NCBI GenBank assembly: GCA_037440405.1
Contig: JBBIUE010000005.1
Location: forward strand, 28,660-92,659
Length of the DNA: 64,000 nucleotides
Source: Pirellula sp.
GTDB lineage: Bacteria > Planctomycetota > Planctomycetia > Pirellulales > Pirellulaceae
Direction: 5' to 3'
Positions 49,317 to 58,505 of this stretch are shown here, one piece after another. The first letter of the stretch is position 1; every line of letters begins with the position of its first letter. A program made the position numbers and the translations under genes. The notes under the pieces were generated by a model that had not been told where the DNA came from, did not search any database, and saw nothing but the letters and a program-made list of their open reading frames with translations.

Positions 49317-50203
49317 ACCACAACGTCGATTCGCCGGTTAAGGGCTCGACCGACGGGCGATTGATTGTCGGACCGAGGGTGATTCGATCCATGTGCAAGT
49401 GAAAACAATTGATTTGACGGCAGGCCGTTCCTTCGGACCAACTGATCCAGCACTGCCATGCTCTGCGCGGACGTTAGCTGATGCGCCGTGGTATAGGTTC
49501 CGCCATAGAATGGCCGATCATCCGAATGCCCTTCGATCGCAATTCGCTGCCGAGGGAAGTTCTGCTGAATCGCCGCTGCCAACCGATCCAAAACCGCAGC
49601 AGCGTTTCCCGACAACTGCGACGACTCCGGCTGAAACAACGCATCGGCGGGAATCGAAACGCGGATGACATCGGCCTCAACTGCGACATCCAAACCCAAT
49701 TCGCGGAACACGTCAGCCCGCCTTCCCAAGGAGTGATTGGCGACCAATCGGGCACTCCCTTTACTTGCCACGTTCGCAGAGACGCTGTTGCTTTGCGCCG
49801 GTGCTGCGTTTTTTTGAGCTAGCTTCGCTTTGTCAAGCTGGCCAGCAACATCCTGTAGTTGCCGCTGCAACAGTTCAGAGCGATCCCGATAGAGTTGCGC
49901 CTGTTGCTGCGATTGTGCGAGTTGGGTTGTCAAGTTCCGATTGTTCTCGTCCAGCACTTGTAAGCGACGCTCCAAGTCCAAAGAGGGAGTTGCATTGCCT
50001 GGTCCAACAGCACCAGTTCCGACTCCGAAAGGCGATGTGGCCGTATTTGGAACCGATGCAAAATAAGGATTGCGATTGCAGCCCCCGGATAACACGACAA
50101 CGATGACGATAGTTGCTGTGATCGCTAGTCGAAGGCGACGATGGAGATCAAGGCTTCGTAGCTGTTCCATCGGTTGGTTCCATCCATTCCCTCGAAATCC
50201 CAA
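49298..50203 (-). CDS. OmpA/MotB-domain lipoprotein with coiled-coil spacer
   Basis: The hydrophobic leader ends in VLSGGC. A Q/L-rich coiled segment follows. The C-terminal OmpA_C block is RIAIEGHSDDRP...TAHQLTSAQSMAVLDQLV..G.....LFSLAHGSNHPRSDN.SPVGRALNRRIDVVV. The likely start is ATG 50170. Its 3' end overlaps the convergent gene by 19 nt. Confidence 0.8.
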   Translation of the reverse strand: MGFRGNGWNQPMEQLRSLDLHRRLRLAITATIVIVVVLSGGCNRNPYFASVPNTATSPFGVGTGAVGPGNATPSLDLERRLQVLDENNRNLTTQLAQSQQQAQLYRDRSELLQRQLQDVAGQLDKAKLAQKNAAPAQSNSVSANVASKGSARLVANHSLGRRADVFRELGLDVAVEADVIRVSIPADALFQPESSQLSGNAAAVLDRLAAAIQQNFPRQRIAIEGHSDDRPFYGGTYTTAHQLTSAQSMAVLDQLVRRNGLPSNQLFSLAHGSNHPRSDNQSPVGRALNRRIDVVVYPDTF

Positions 50204-50564
50204 TCAATACTGATATGCAATTCGCCCCGATACCTTCGACCTTTTCCGGAACCGCCTCCCACGGGGATACGTCGTTTAACAGTCAGTCGGATGCGTACGG
50301 CAACATGCCTGTCCAGCGATTGCAATCGCGTACGCCTTCGGCTTACGGTTAAACCACCGAAAACTCAACGAATCAATTCGCAATCGATCGCGACACGTGA
50401 ACGGTTACGATTCCTGTCACACCGGAAGTTCGCGCGGTACCGCTTAATTCGTCTCTCACGGGACGGCGCTCTCCATGCCACTTGCATCGGAAGGCTCGCT
50501 CCAAGTTGCTTGCATCGGAAGTTATTTCGAGAACCCTTCTGACACTGGGACAGTATCGAAGAGC

Positions 50565-51758
50565 TCACCCCGACTCAAGGTCATTTTGTTCGCCGAGCTT
50601 ATGCTGCATTTGAACGGACTCCACCGAACGAAAATGCTGTAGCAAGCTTGCGAAAGTACCCTCAAAGATGCTGTCCCGTACTCGGGTCATCAACCGCTGG
50701 TAGTAAGTGATATTGTGAATCGACATCAAAATTGGCCCAAGCATTTCGCTAGCTAGAAACAGATGCCGCAAGTAGGCCTTGGAATGCTTGCAAGCCAGAC
50801 AAGGGCATGATTCATCCAATGGGGTCGGATCGTCGGCAAAGCGTTGATTTCGAATCCGAACGGGTCCAGCGTCAGTGAAGGCCATGCCGTTGCGGCCATT
50901 GCGAGTCGGCATGACACAATCGAACATATCGACACCGCATGCGATATTTTCGAGAAGATCGATCGGTCTTCCGACGCCCATCAAGTATCGAGGCTTGTTC
51001 GTTGGCAGTAATGGACATACAGCATCGACGATTCGATACATCTCCACGGGGGGCTCGCCGACGCTTAGTCCGCCGATCGCAAAGCCGTCGAAGGGGTACT
51101 TCGTCAGTGCTTCGGCACATTGAGCGCGCAAATCGACATCGAGTCCGCCTTGTACAATTGCGAACTTGGCTTGTTCGGATCGCTCTGAAGCCATAAGCGA
51201 ACGCTCTGCCCACCGAATGCTTCGTTCGCTTGCTTCCTTAATGAGTTCAAGCGGTGCTGGCAATCCAACCACGTGATCGAGCACCATGGCAATATCGCTC
51301 CCCAAATTCTCCTGAATTCGAATGGACTCTTCTGGAGACAATTCGACCATGCGACCATCAAGGTGGGAACGAAAGGTAGCACATCGTTCACTGACCACTA
51401 AGCGATCCGCCAGCGAAAAAATTTGGAAGCCACCGCTATCGGTCAGAATGGGCCGATCCCAGCCGATGAATCGATGTAAGCCGCCGAGTTCTCGAATGCG
51501 ATCGCTGCCGGGGCGAAGCGAGAGATGATAGGTATTGCCGAGAATGATTTCCGAACCGGTATCAACGAGCTGAGGATTCGTCAGCCCCTTGACCGATCCC
51601 TGTGTACCAACTGGCATGAAGGTCGGAGTCTGAACGACTCCGTGAGGGAGATGCAACCTTCCAACACGAGCACGGCTGCCTGAAACGACTTGCAACAACT
51701 CAAATCTACAGGCACACGAAGTCGCTTGAAAGGAGGTGGAATCGAAATCAGTCTCCAC
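50565..51758 (-). CDS. tgt: Queuine tRNA-ribosyltransferase (tRNA-guanine transglycosylase)
   Basis: 397-aa ORF with [41 protein letters not shown] and the zinc site CPCLACK...H. Confidence 0.95.
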   Translation of the reverse strand: METDFDSTSFQATSCACRFELLQVVSGSRARVGRLHLPHGVVQTPTFMPVGTQGSVKGLTNPQLVDTGSEIILGNTYHLSLRPGSDRIRELGGLHRFIGWDRPILTDSGGFQIFSLADRLVVSERCATFRSHLDGRMVELSPEESIRIQENLGSDIAMVLDHVVGLPAPLELIKEASERSIRWAERSLMASERSEQAKFAIVQGGLDVDLRAQCAEALTKYPFDGFAIGGLSVGEPPVEMYRIVDAVCPLLPTNKPRYLMGVGRPIDLLENIACGVDMFDCVMPTRNGRNGMAFTDAGPVRIRNQRFADDPTPLDESCPCLACKHSKAYLRHLFLASEMLGPILMSIHNITYYQRLMTRVRDSIFEGTFASLLQHFRSVESVQMQHKLGEQNDLESG

Positions 51759-53064
51759 GCAGCTTCAAGCCCAGATTCGTCAATTTCTCGCGGACTTCGT
51801 TGAGGCTAGTGACGCCGAAGTTCTTGCATTCAAGAAGATCATCGCCTGTCTTTCGGACCAGTTCGCCGATCGAGGTCAACTGCAACCTCACCATACACTT
51901 TCTAGCACGCACCGAAAGGTTCAGGTCGGAAATAGGACGCTCCAATAACGCTTGTTGATCGGGCGAAAGGCTCGCAACATCCAACGGCGGCTCAACCTCT
52001 CGCTTTTCGTGTGCGAACTGACCGATCGATAGGCCACGAGAAGACAGGATTTCCTTGATCTCGACAAGTGAAGTTTCACCAAAATTCTTGCTGGTGAGCA
52101 GTTGCTGTTCTGAAATGCGAGTCAAATCGCCAAGCGACTTGATGCCCATCTTCTGCAAGCAGTTCCTCGCTCGAACGGATAGCTCGAAATCCGTGACTGG
52201 AACATTGAGCAACTGTGCAAGCCGCTCATTACGGCGCTGAGCATCTTCATCGAATGCCATGCTTCCTGCAGCGGCATCTTTCAAGAATAACTTCGCTCGC
52301 GGATGATCGGGAAAAGAATCGAGAATTCGGCGGAAGCAAGCCTGTGATCGAGTATAGTCATTTCGATCTTCGTAGATCACGCCTAAGTTGATCAATGTTC
52401 CAACATGGGAAGGAAAGTTCGATGCCGCTCGCTTGTAGAGCTCGAAGCTTTCATCGTCGTTACCAGCCCGATCGTATTCGAGGGCCAAGCCGAACAAAGC
52501 ACCGGAGTGCTTCGGATCGAGAGTAATCGCCCGCTGAAAGTAAGCTACGGTTTCGACTCGGCTTCCACCGACTGCTGCAACGGTAGCACCTCGCTGGTAG
52601 AGATACTCAGCAGTTTGCTCGACAGGACCAAACATGTTGTCGAGAATCCGCATCGCCTCGTCTTTGCGGCCACTGTAACGCAATGCCTCCGCAATCGCCA
52701 AATCGCAAAGTTCGGACGGATATCCTGCGCTCTTCGCAGCTTCAAAATATTGTATCGATTGGTCGTAGTTCTCTAACTGAAGAAAAATCTTACCGAGGTA
52801 GTACTGTGCAATGGCTCCGCCGTCACCCTGCTTCAATGTGGCCTCAGCATCGTCGAAGCGGCCCAGCAAGCAATAGCAGACTCCCAAGCGTGTCGTCATG
52901 GCTGGGGTCTTCTCCTCGGCGGAAGCAAGTTCATTCACGGCATCGCGGAACAGAGCCAATTGCGTGAAATCTTCGGAGACCGTGTGGCAGATTTCTTCGA
53001 TCTCACGAAGACCAAAACCTTGATTGCCAAGCACTACTTCCCGCAAGTCGATCGAACTAACCAT
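51748..53064 (-). CDS. TPR-repeat protein with two tandem RNA polymerase alpha-subunit C-terminal domain (alpha-CTD) copies
   Basis: The start is set at ATG 53064, because the first 36 codons of the ORF-track entry are just the translated tRNA gene. TPR-like repeats occupy aa ~60-260. Copy 1 is [57 protein letters not shown]. Copy 2 is [56 protein letters not shown]. Compare E. coli RpoA, [57 protein letters not shown] (from memory). Confidence 0.85.
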   Translation of the reverse strand: MVSSIDLREVVLGNQGFGLREIEEICHTVSEDFTQLALFRDAVNELASAEEKTPAMTTRLGVCYCLLGRFDDAEATLKQGDGGAIAQYYLGKIFLQLENYDQSIQYFEAAKSAGYPSELCDLAIAEALRYSGRKDEAMRILDNMFGPVEQTAEYLYQRGATVAAVGGSRVETVAYFQRAITLDPKHSGALFGLALEYDRAGNDDESFELYKRAASNFPSHVGTLINLGVIYEDRNDYTRSQACFRRILDSFPDHPRAKLFLKDAAAGSMAFDEDAQRRNERLAQLLNVPVTDFELSVRARNCLQKMGIKSLGDLTRISEQQLLTSKNFGETSLVEIKEILSSRGLSIGQFAHEKREVEPPLDVASLSPDQQALLERPISDLNLSVRARKCMVRLQLTSIGELVRKTGDDLLECKNFGVTSLNEVREKLTNLGLKLRGD

Positions 53065-53114
53065 CCACACCACCTCGACTAAGAGACTCGATTCAATCCG
53101 CCGTGACGCCTCAG

Positions 53115-53188
53115 AGCCAGCGATGGGAGTCGAACCCATAACCCCCGCATTACGAATGCGGTGCTCTGCCAATTGAAGCTACGCTGGC
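53115..53188 (-). tRNA. tRNA-Thr (anticodon CGU)
   Basis: Folded by hand from the reverse complement: GCCAGCG TA GCTT CAATTGGCA GAGC A CCGCA TTCGTAA TGCGG GGGTT ATGGG TTCGACT CCCAT CGCTGGC T. This gives a 7-bp acceptor stem, a 4-bp D stem, a 5-bp anticodon stem with a 7-nt loop (anticodon CGT), a 5-nt variable loop and a T arm with TTCGA. Length is 74 nt and no CCA is encoded. Confidence 0.9.
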
Positions 53189-53253
53189 TGACTTTGGCCG
53201 TCGAAAGCCCGAAATTGTATCGGTTTCGCAAAAAATCGTCCAGGGCATCCACG

Positions 53254-54978
53254 CTACTCGTATTGCCATTTCAACACCCATGGGTCCCCTGTTTCCCTTT
53301 GAAAGTCCTGCAATTTCTTCTTCAGACGACCAAGCGTTGCGAAATGTTCGGGACGATTCGCGAGATTAACGATTTCGTCTGGGTCGGCCTCCAGGTCGTA
53401 GAGTTCGAAAACGGGACGGTGCACATAATCCCGAATCGTCCGCTTGCCATAAAGAAACGTATCGCCTTGCTGCCAAGCGTCCTGCCAAGTCGCGGAACTC
53501 CATAGGTCGGACGCGAACGGAAACGGTAGCGGGTGAGCAATGTTCCAGATCAGCTTGAACTTCCGCTCGCGTACTGTCCTCATCGGATAGTACATCGTCA
53601 CCTCGTGGAAACTGTGCGAGCCGAAAATCGTGCTCCACTCCGCATCCATATCATGGTTCTGATCTGTGATCCTGGAAACAAAGCTCTTTCCATGGAAGTT
53701 GTCCGCCGTCGTTACCTCGGCCAACTCCAAGATGGTTGGTGTCAGATCAACAAAGCTGATCATCGCTTGTGAATCCAAATTGCGAGGGACCTCACCCGGC
53801 AGTCGCACGATCAGCGGTACGCGGAGTCCTGGGTCGTAAGCAGTCGTCTTGGCACCGGGGAAAGCCATTCCATGATCGGAAGTGAAGATGATGACGGTTT
53901 GTTCCCATACTCCTCGATCCTTGAGCGACTGGACCAGTCGTCCAATGCCTTGATCGATGCGAGAAATACTCTGATAGTACATTGCGAGTTCGGCCCGGCA
54001 TGACGGACGATCTGGCAGAAACGAGGGAACCGTTAGCTCGCTCGCATCATAGTGCTGCACGACTTCTTTGGAGTAACCGTTGGGCAAATTGCCGAACGAA
54101 TCTGGGTTTTCTGGCAGATCCGTCCGAACGTTTGCAGCTCGGTGCGGATCAGTGGGACAAAAGTACAAGAAGAATGGCCGTCCGGCCTCACGTTCGCTGA
54201 GAAACCGATCAACCGCTTCGGCCATCTGGATCGTGTTGCGATGGTTTGCCGCGAGTGTCGTGTCGAATCGATAGGACGCTGGCGGCCCCACATGGTGCTT
54301 ACCGACGATCACCGATTCGTAACCAGACTCAGACAAGCGGACAGGCAATCCTTTCACCGAACTGAAGGACTCAAAATGGTGATAAGAGTGCTGCAGTCCG
54401 TACTGTCCATTCGCGTGACTGTGCAAGCCGGTCAGGAGCACGGCTCGCGAAGCTGAGCAACTCGCCGTCGTGGCGAAAGCCATCCGGAACCGCGTCCCCT
54501 CCTTCGCCAGTTGATCTAAGTGCGGTGTTCGGACGTCTTGATTACCATAACAACCCAAATCCAGCCCCTGGTCATCGGTCACAATGAGCACGATGTTCGG
54601 ACGATCCTTGCCGCTCGCCGGCGAACAGATAATTCCGCTGGCTGCCAACAACAAGCAGCAGCATGAAAATGCAACGCGGCGGTATCCAGCCGCAAGGGTG
54701 CGGGGCAAGTCGCCTGATCTGCATTCTGAATCTGGGCTAACCAATCGAGCTTTGAGCGCAATTGCGAATGCCGTCCCCTCAGCCCGAAGCACGAGCGAGC
54801 GATTGCTTCGCGACGATACGTATCGAGATTGATCCGCCGATTCGTCAGTCCACTCTGAACCATGTCTGTAGCATGGTGAGCCGCACCCTCGGAAAATGAA
54901 CAAGGCAACCTCGCGGACCAGCCTTTTCAAGACGCATTGGATCGGAGCCAACGAACTTCGCTTTGCCATAACCGGCAC
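53254..54978 (-). CDS. Sulfatase (formylglycine-dependent; heparan-N-sulfatase/arylsulfatase A-like)
   Basis: PNIVLIVTDDQGLDLGCYGN..VRTPHLDQLAKEGTRF..AF.TTASCSASRAVLLTG (C-x-A-x-R FGly motif), FTSDHGMAFPGAK and a C-terminal sulfatase block. The first ~90 codons look non-native. A TTG at 54708 would give a clean signal peptide (PRTLAAGYRRVAFSCCCLLLAASGIICSPASG). Confidence 0.9.
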   Translation of the reverse strand: MPVMAKRSSLAPIQCVLKRLVREVALFIFRGCGSPCYRHGSEWTDESADQSRYVSSRSNRSLVLRAEGTAFAIALKARLVSPDSECRSGDLPRTLAAGYRRVAFSCCCLLLAASGIICSPASGKDRPNIVLIVTDDQGLDLGCYGNQDVRTPHLDQLAKEGTRFRMAFATTASCSASRAVLLTGLHSHANGQYGLQHSYHHFESFSSVKGLPVRLSESGYESVIVGKHHVGPPASYRFDTTLAANHRNTIQMAEAVDRFLSEREAGRPFFLYFCPTDPHRAANVRTDLPENPDSFGNLPNGYSKEVVQHYDASELTVPSFLPDRPSCRAELAMYYQSISRIDQGIGRLVQSLKDRGVWEQTVIIFTSDHGMAFPGAKTTAYDPGLRVPLIVRLPGEVPRNLDSQAMISFVDLTPTILELAEVTTADNFHGKSFVSRITDQNHDMDAEWSTIFGSHSFHEVTMYYPMRTVRERKFKLIWNIAHPLPFPFASDLWSSATWQDAWQQGDTFLYGKRTIRDYVHRPVFELYDLEADPDEIVNLANRPEHFATLGRLKKKLQDFQRETGDPWVLKWQYE

Positions 54979-55035
54979 CTCAACAGATCGAAATCAGTTC
55001 ATGCGTGCCCACCAAATGGAACACGAAGGAACGGA

Positions 55036-56901
55036 TTATCGCTGAATCGGCAGCTTCTCGGTAGCCAGCTCGGTACGAAAGCGCCAAGCGTCCTGGTAAT
55101 TGCCCAGAGACATAGCGGCCGGGGCAGACGCTGGAGAGGTAAAGTTCGTCAACCAGCTTCGCATGGTAGGCGGCGCTCCAAGTTCGACCAAAGCCAGCAA
55201 ATCCTTGATCAATAGCGGGTGGCTCCCGTAATAGGAATGCCCCAGAAGGCTCGTGTCCACCGGTGAGACATCAACCGTTACGATCCCAGAAAAAGTCGGC
55301 AGCGGTGATGTCGATAATCCTAGCCGCTGATAGCCGTGGATGTTTTTCGATGCGATCAATGCTCGGTCCGTGCCGGACGTGTAGAGTGTTGCTTGGCGGC
55401 ACACTTTCGGCAGCACGTCGGAGAACCGATCGTGGAACTCAGAGGTATCGACATCCGGGGCGGCCATCACGATTTGTCCGAACATCGGCTTGCCTGAACC
55501 GCTCTTCAGAGCGATTCGCTCGATGGCACCAAGCATCGCTCGGTTCCCCATCGAGTGAGCGATAATGTGCAGTTGCTTGGTCCCAGTCTTCTCAGAGACA
55601 TCGGTCAAGAAACGCTCAAGGTGAGCTATCGTCCAACTTGCGTTCGCTTCGTCTTGACGGTAACCGGTCAGGGACCCGTGAGACGGCCAACTGTAGAGAA
55701 TCGGAGCCCCCAGGAAATCCAGATCGTGAGATAGCTGTGCCGTTCTCCGAAGCGCTTCATCAAACTGAACATTGTAGCCGTGAATGAAGACCAATGCGGA
55801 TTTGTCGATCGATGTTTCCACCGTTTCTTTCAATTGAGTAAAGTATTCATCGGCGCTGACAGGCTGGATCGAGCGAACGGTCACATGGCGATCCGTTCGT
55901 TCAGTGAACTCGACTTTGAAGATGCTCGGGCGTTCGACTTTGCCGATCGAGTGTTTTCGCGGAATGGTTACGTCGCTGAAACCGACGTGCAGAGGATAGT
56001 CGAGCAAAGTTTCGATCCGCCTCGTGCCGAAGAGGACGCCACCGTTTCGAGCAAGCCGGATTGTCTGTTGCCCGTAAATCGTCGCATGGTAGAGAAAGAA
56101 CATCGTCATTAAGACGCCGACCGTGAACCCCCCGGCCCAGACCGGGCGTGTCTTCCCCCATTTCAGTCCGATGAGCGTCACGCCGCAAACGAATAGACCC
56201 AGCATCGCAGGGAGTAAGATGCGCACCCACAACATCAAACTATAGGGATCGACGAGCTGGCGGTCCGTGGCGTAGAACACACGGACCGTGCGGAATAGCG
56301 CTGTATCCTCGAATGGATTCTGTCTCGCTGCTAGCTTCGCTTCTTCCGTTTCAGCATCCGCAAACGAATGCGTTCCGTCGCCGATCTCCTCGGCCTCCGA
56401 TTCGCTCGCCGCGCTTTCAGTCAGCGGCGAAGCATGACGATCCTCGTTCAGCTTCCCCGTCCAACCGTTCGGCACATCATTTGCGACGATCGGCTCGCGG
56501 CCTGAAGAAGGTGACCTGCTGGAAGCGCCATGCGGCAAATCGCTCGAACCGACGGGCGAGCTGTTCGTGCCGAGTGACGGACTGCTCCAACTGGATGGCG
56601 TTGACGAACGGAGTACGCTACCCGAACCCGATGGTTCTTGAGGTCGAACAAGTGCGTTCCCGCCATGGATCGAGCCGATGCTATCATCGATCCCACGATT
56701 CTCCTGGACCAAAGCGGTCTGAGGAGGAATCGCCTGCTCTTGAATCAAGTGTGGTCCGACAGCGGTGGCACCCGCAATCCCTGCCGCGCCTACAGCGATA
56801 AGCTTCCAGGCGATCTTTCCTGACCGCGACGGCTGCCGACGGACCATAAGAGCGTTTCCCTGTCGTCCACCATGTGCAAAATACCATGCAGCTACCGACA
56901 A
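55036..56901 (-). CDS. Membrane-anchored alpha/beta hydrolase of the DUF900 type
   Basis: ALVFIHGYNVQFDEALRRTAQLSHDLDFLGAPILYSWPSHGSLTGYRQDEANASW...LHIIAHSMGNRAMLGAI is the DUF900 core with a GHSMG-type nucleophile elbow. There is an N-terminal TM (WKLIAVGAAGIAGATAV), a Ser/Pro-rich linker, and two further hydrophobic helices between VRVFYATDR and the core. The likely start is ATG 56847. Confidence 0.8.
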   Translation of the reverse strand: MSVAAWYFAHGGRQGNALMVRRQPSRSGKIAWKLIAVGAAGIAGATAVGPHLIQEQAIPPQTALVQENRGIDDSIGSIHGGNALVRPQEPSGSGSVLRSSTPSSWSSPSLGTNSSPVGSSDLPHGASSRSPSSGREPIVANDVPNGWTGKLNEDRHASPLTESAASESEAEEIGDGTHSFADAETEEAKLAARQNPFEDTALFRTVRVFYATDRQLVDPYSLMLWVRILLPAMLGLFVCGVTLIGLKWGKTRPVWAGGFTVGVLMTMFFLYHATIYGQQTIRLARNGGVLFGTRRIETLLDYPLHVGFSDVTIPRKHSIGKVERPSIFKVEFTERTDRHVTVRSIQPVSADEYFTQLKETVETSIDKSALVFIHGYNVQFDEALRRTAQLSHDLDFLGAPILYSWPSHGSLTGYRQDEANASWTIAHLERFLTDVSEKTGTKQLHIIAHSMGNRAMLGAIERIALKSGSGKPMFGQIVMAAPDVDTSEFHDRFSDVLPKVCRQATLYTSGTDRALIASKNIHGYQRLGLSTSPLPTFSGIVTVDVSPVDTSLLGHSYYGSHPLLIKDLLALVELGAPPTMRSWLTNFTSPASAPAAMSLGNYQDAWRFRTELATEKLPIQR

Positions 56902-57593
56902 ACAGGCATCTTCCCAGCGACATCGTCAAGCGGCAGCCACCCGTCTTCTAACGCGTCCCTCAGGAGTATCGGCAGTCGTACTGCAGAATATTCGTAAAAA
57001 TCGGTAAAACCATCAAAGCAAACGCATCTGCCGCACCTTCCCAAAATCCGAACGATATCATCCCCAGTAAAGCCCCAAAAAAGACGACGATCGTTCGGGT
57101 CTCAATGCTGCGGTCTACGAGAGTCGCGAAGAAAGGACGCTTGTCCGTAATAAACCGACAACAGGGATCCACTTGGGACGCCAATCCCAGGCCTACTCTC
57201 TCATCGGGAGTAGGCCGTTCGATAGAAGTATGCCGTCCCACATTCGTTGGCGATCAGGGACGTCCCAAGGATTCGCGGATCAGGTTATAGTTTTTGTCCT
57301 TAGGCGTGCGGCAGATGAGCAGCTGCCAATCATCAGCCGCAGCTTGAGTATTGAATTTGCGCAGCTTGAACGCTTTCACAAACATTAACATTGACGTTGG
57401 AAAAGGGAACACTGATGGTTTTGGAGTACGAGCACGGTTCCCAATCGAGTGGTGAAGTGTCACTGGAAAAGCGTACACGTTGGCGCATCGAGCTTGCATT
57501 CTCGCAACTCCGACAATACGTGAGCGAGGGAGCAACGTCTCCTCTCTCGCTGCGATTCGGTACGTTTCATTCGGCTGCCGCGCACCTCGGTAA

Positions 57594-58505
57594 TTGAACC
57601 TTTCGATCCATCATTCAAGCGTAGAAGGTCCTTCCTTGTCTTCATCTTGGGAAAAAATCTGTATCATCGGTGTGGGGTTGCTGGGTGGTTCCATCGGGTT
57701 GGCTGTGCGCGCGAGAAATCTCGCTCGGCAGGTTGTTGGTGTCTGTCGCAACGCGGCAACCGGACGCGATGCGATGAATGTTGGGGCAGTCCATGCTACC
57801 GTCGCCAGTGTCGCTGAAGGTTGTGAGGGAGCTGACCTGGTAATTGTTTGTACTCCGGTCCAGACCGTGCCGCCAATCCTAGAAGAGGTGCATCAATTCT
57901 CAGGACCGGAAACGCTCATTGTCGATGTTGGAAGCACGAAGTCTGCCATCGCGAAGCGGGCCGTGGAATTGGGGTTGAGCCGCTTCGTCCCCTCTCATCC
58001 ACTGGCTGGGAGCGAACGGTCTGGTGTTTCATTCGCGCGTGCGGATCTGTTTGAGGATCGGCCCTGCATCGTGACTCCGACTTCGTTAAATGCTCCCGAT
58101 CTTGTCGAACAAGTGTTGGGATTTTGGCGATCGCTTGGTGCCAGCGTGAGCTTCCTGTCTCCTGAGGAACACGATCAGATCGTCGCTCGGACTAGCCATC
58201 TGCCGCACTTGGTCGCGTCTGCTTTAGCTGCCGGAACTCCGTCCGAAGTTGTCCCATTCTTGGCGTCGGGCTGGGCTGACACGACGCGAGTCGCTGCCGG
58301 GAACCCAGAAATGTGGTGCCAGATCGTCGAGGAAAATCGGGAGCCTATCCTATCCGTCATGAAAAACTTTGCCACAATTTGGCAAGACTGGATTGCAGCC
58401 ATCGAAGGTGGCGATCGACAGCGACTCTACAACTTGTTGGAAACGGGAAAAGCAGCTCGTGACGCTCTGGGAAATCGATATTCATCCGAAGGAAGGTCAA
58501 CCTGA
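57594..58505 (+). CDS. tyrA: Prephenate/arogenate dehydrogenase
   Basis: [19 protein letters not shown] (Rossmann GxGxxG), [17 protein letters not shown] and the C-terminal helical domain. The start codon is uncertain (TTG 57594 or a downstream TTG). Confidence 0.85.
   Translation: MNLSIHHSSVEGPSLSSSWEKICIIGVGLLGGSIGLAVRARNLARQVVGVCRNAATGRDAMNVGAVHATVASVAEGCEGADLVIVCTPVQTVPPILEEVHQFSGPETLIVDVGSTKSAIAKRAVELGLSRFVPSHPLAGSERSGVSFARADLFEDRPCIVTPTSLNAPDLVEQVLGFWRSLGASVSFLSPEEHDQIVARTSHLPHLVASALAAGTPSEVVPFLASGWADTTRVAAGNPEMWCQIVEENREPILSVMKNFATIWQDWIAAIEGGDRQRLYNLLETGKAARDALGNRYSSEGRST

Noticed and set aside
53065-53172. N-terminal 36 codons of ORF-track entry 51748-53172 (MAEHRIRNAGVMGSTPIAGSEA...)
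   Set aside because: This stretch is the translation of the tRNA-Thr gene and its flank. The real CDS most likely starts at ATG 53064.
56960-57535. Two 93-aa minus-strand ORFs (57254-57535 and 56960-57241, same frame, separated by one TGA) in the 690-bp gap before tyrA
   Set aside because: There is no family resemblance. The first is Arg/Pro-rich and non-protein-like apart from its last ~45 codons. The second has two hydrophobic stretches but only a GTG start and no RBS. Evidence is insufficient to call either a gene. The region may still hold a small gene or an RNA.
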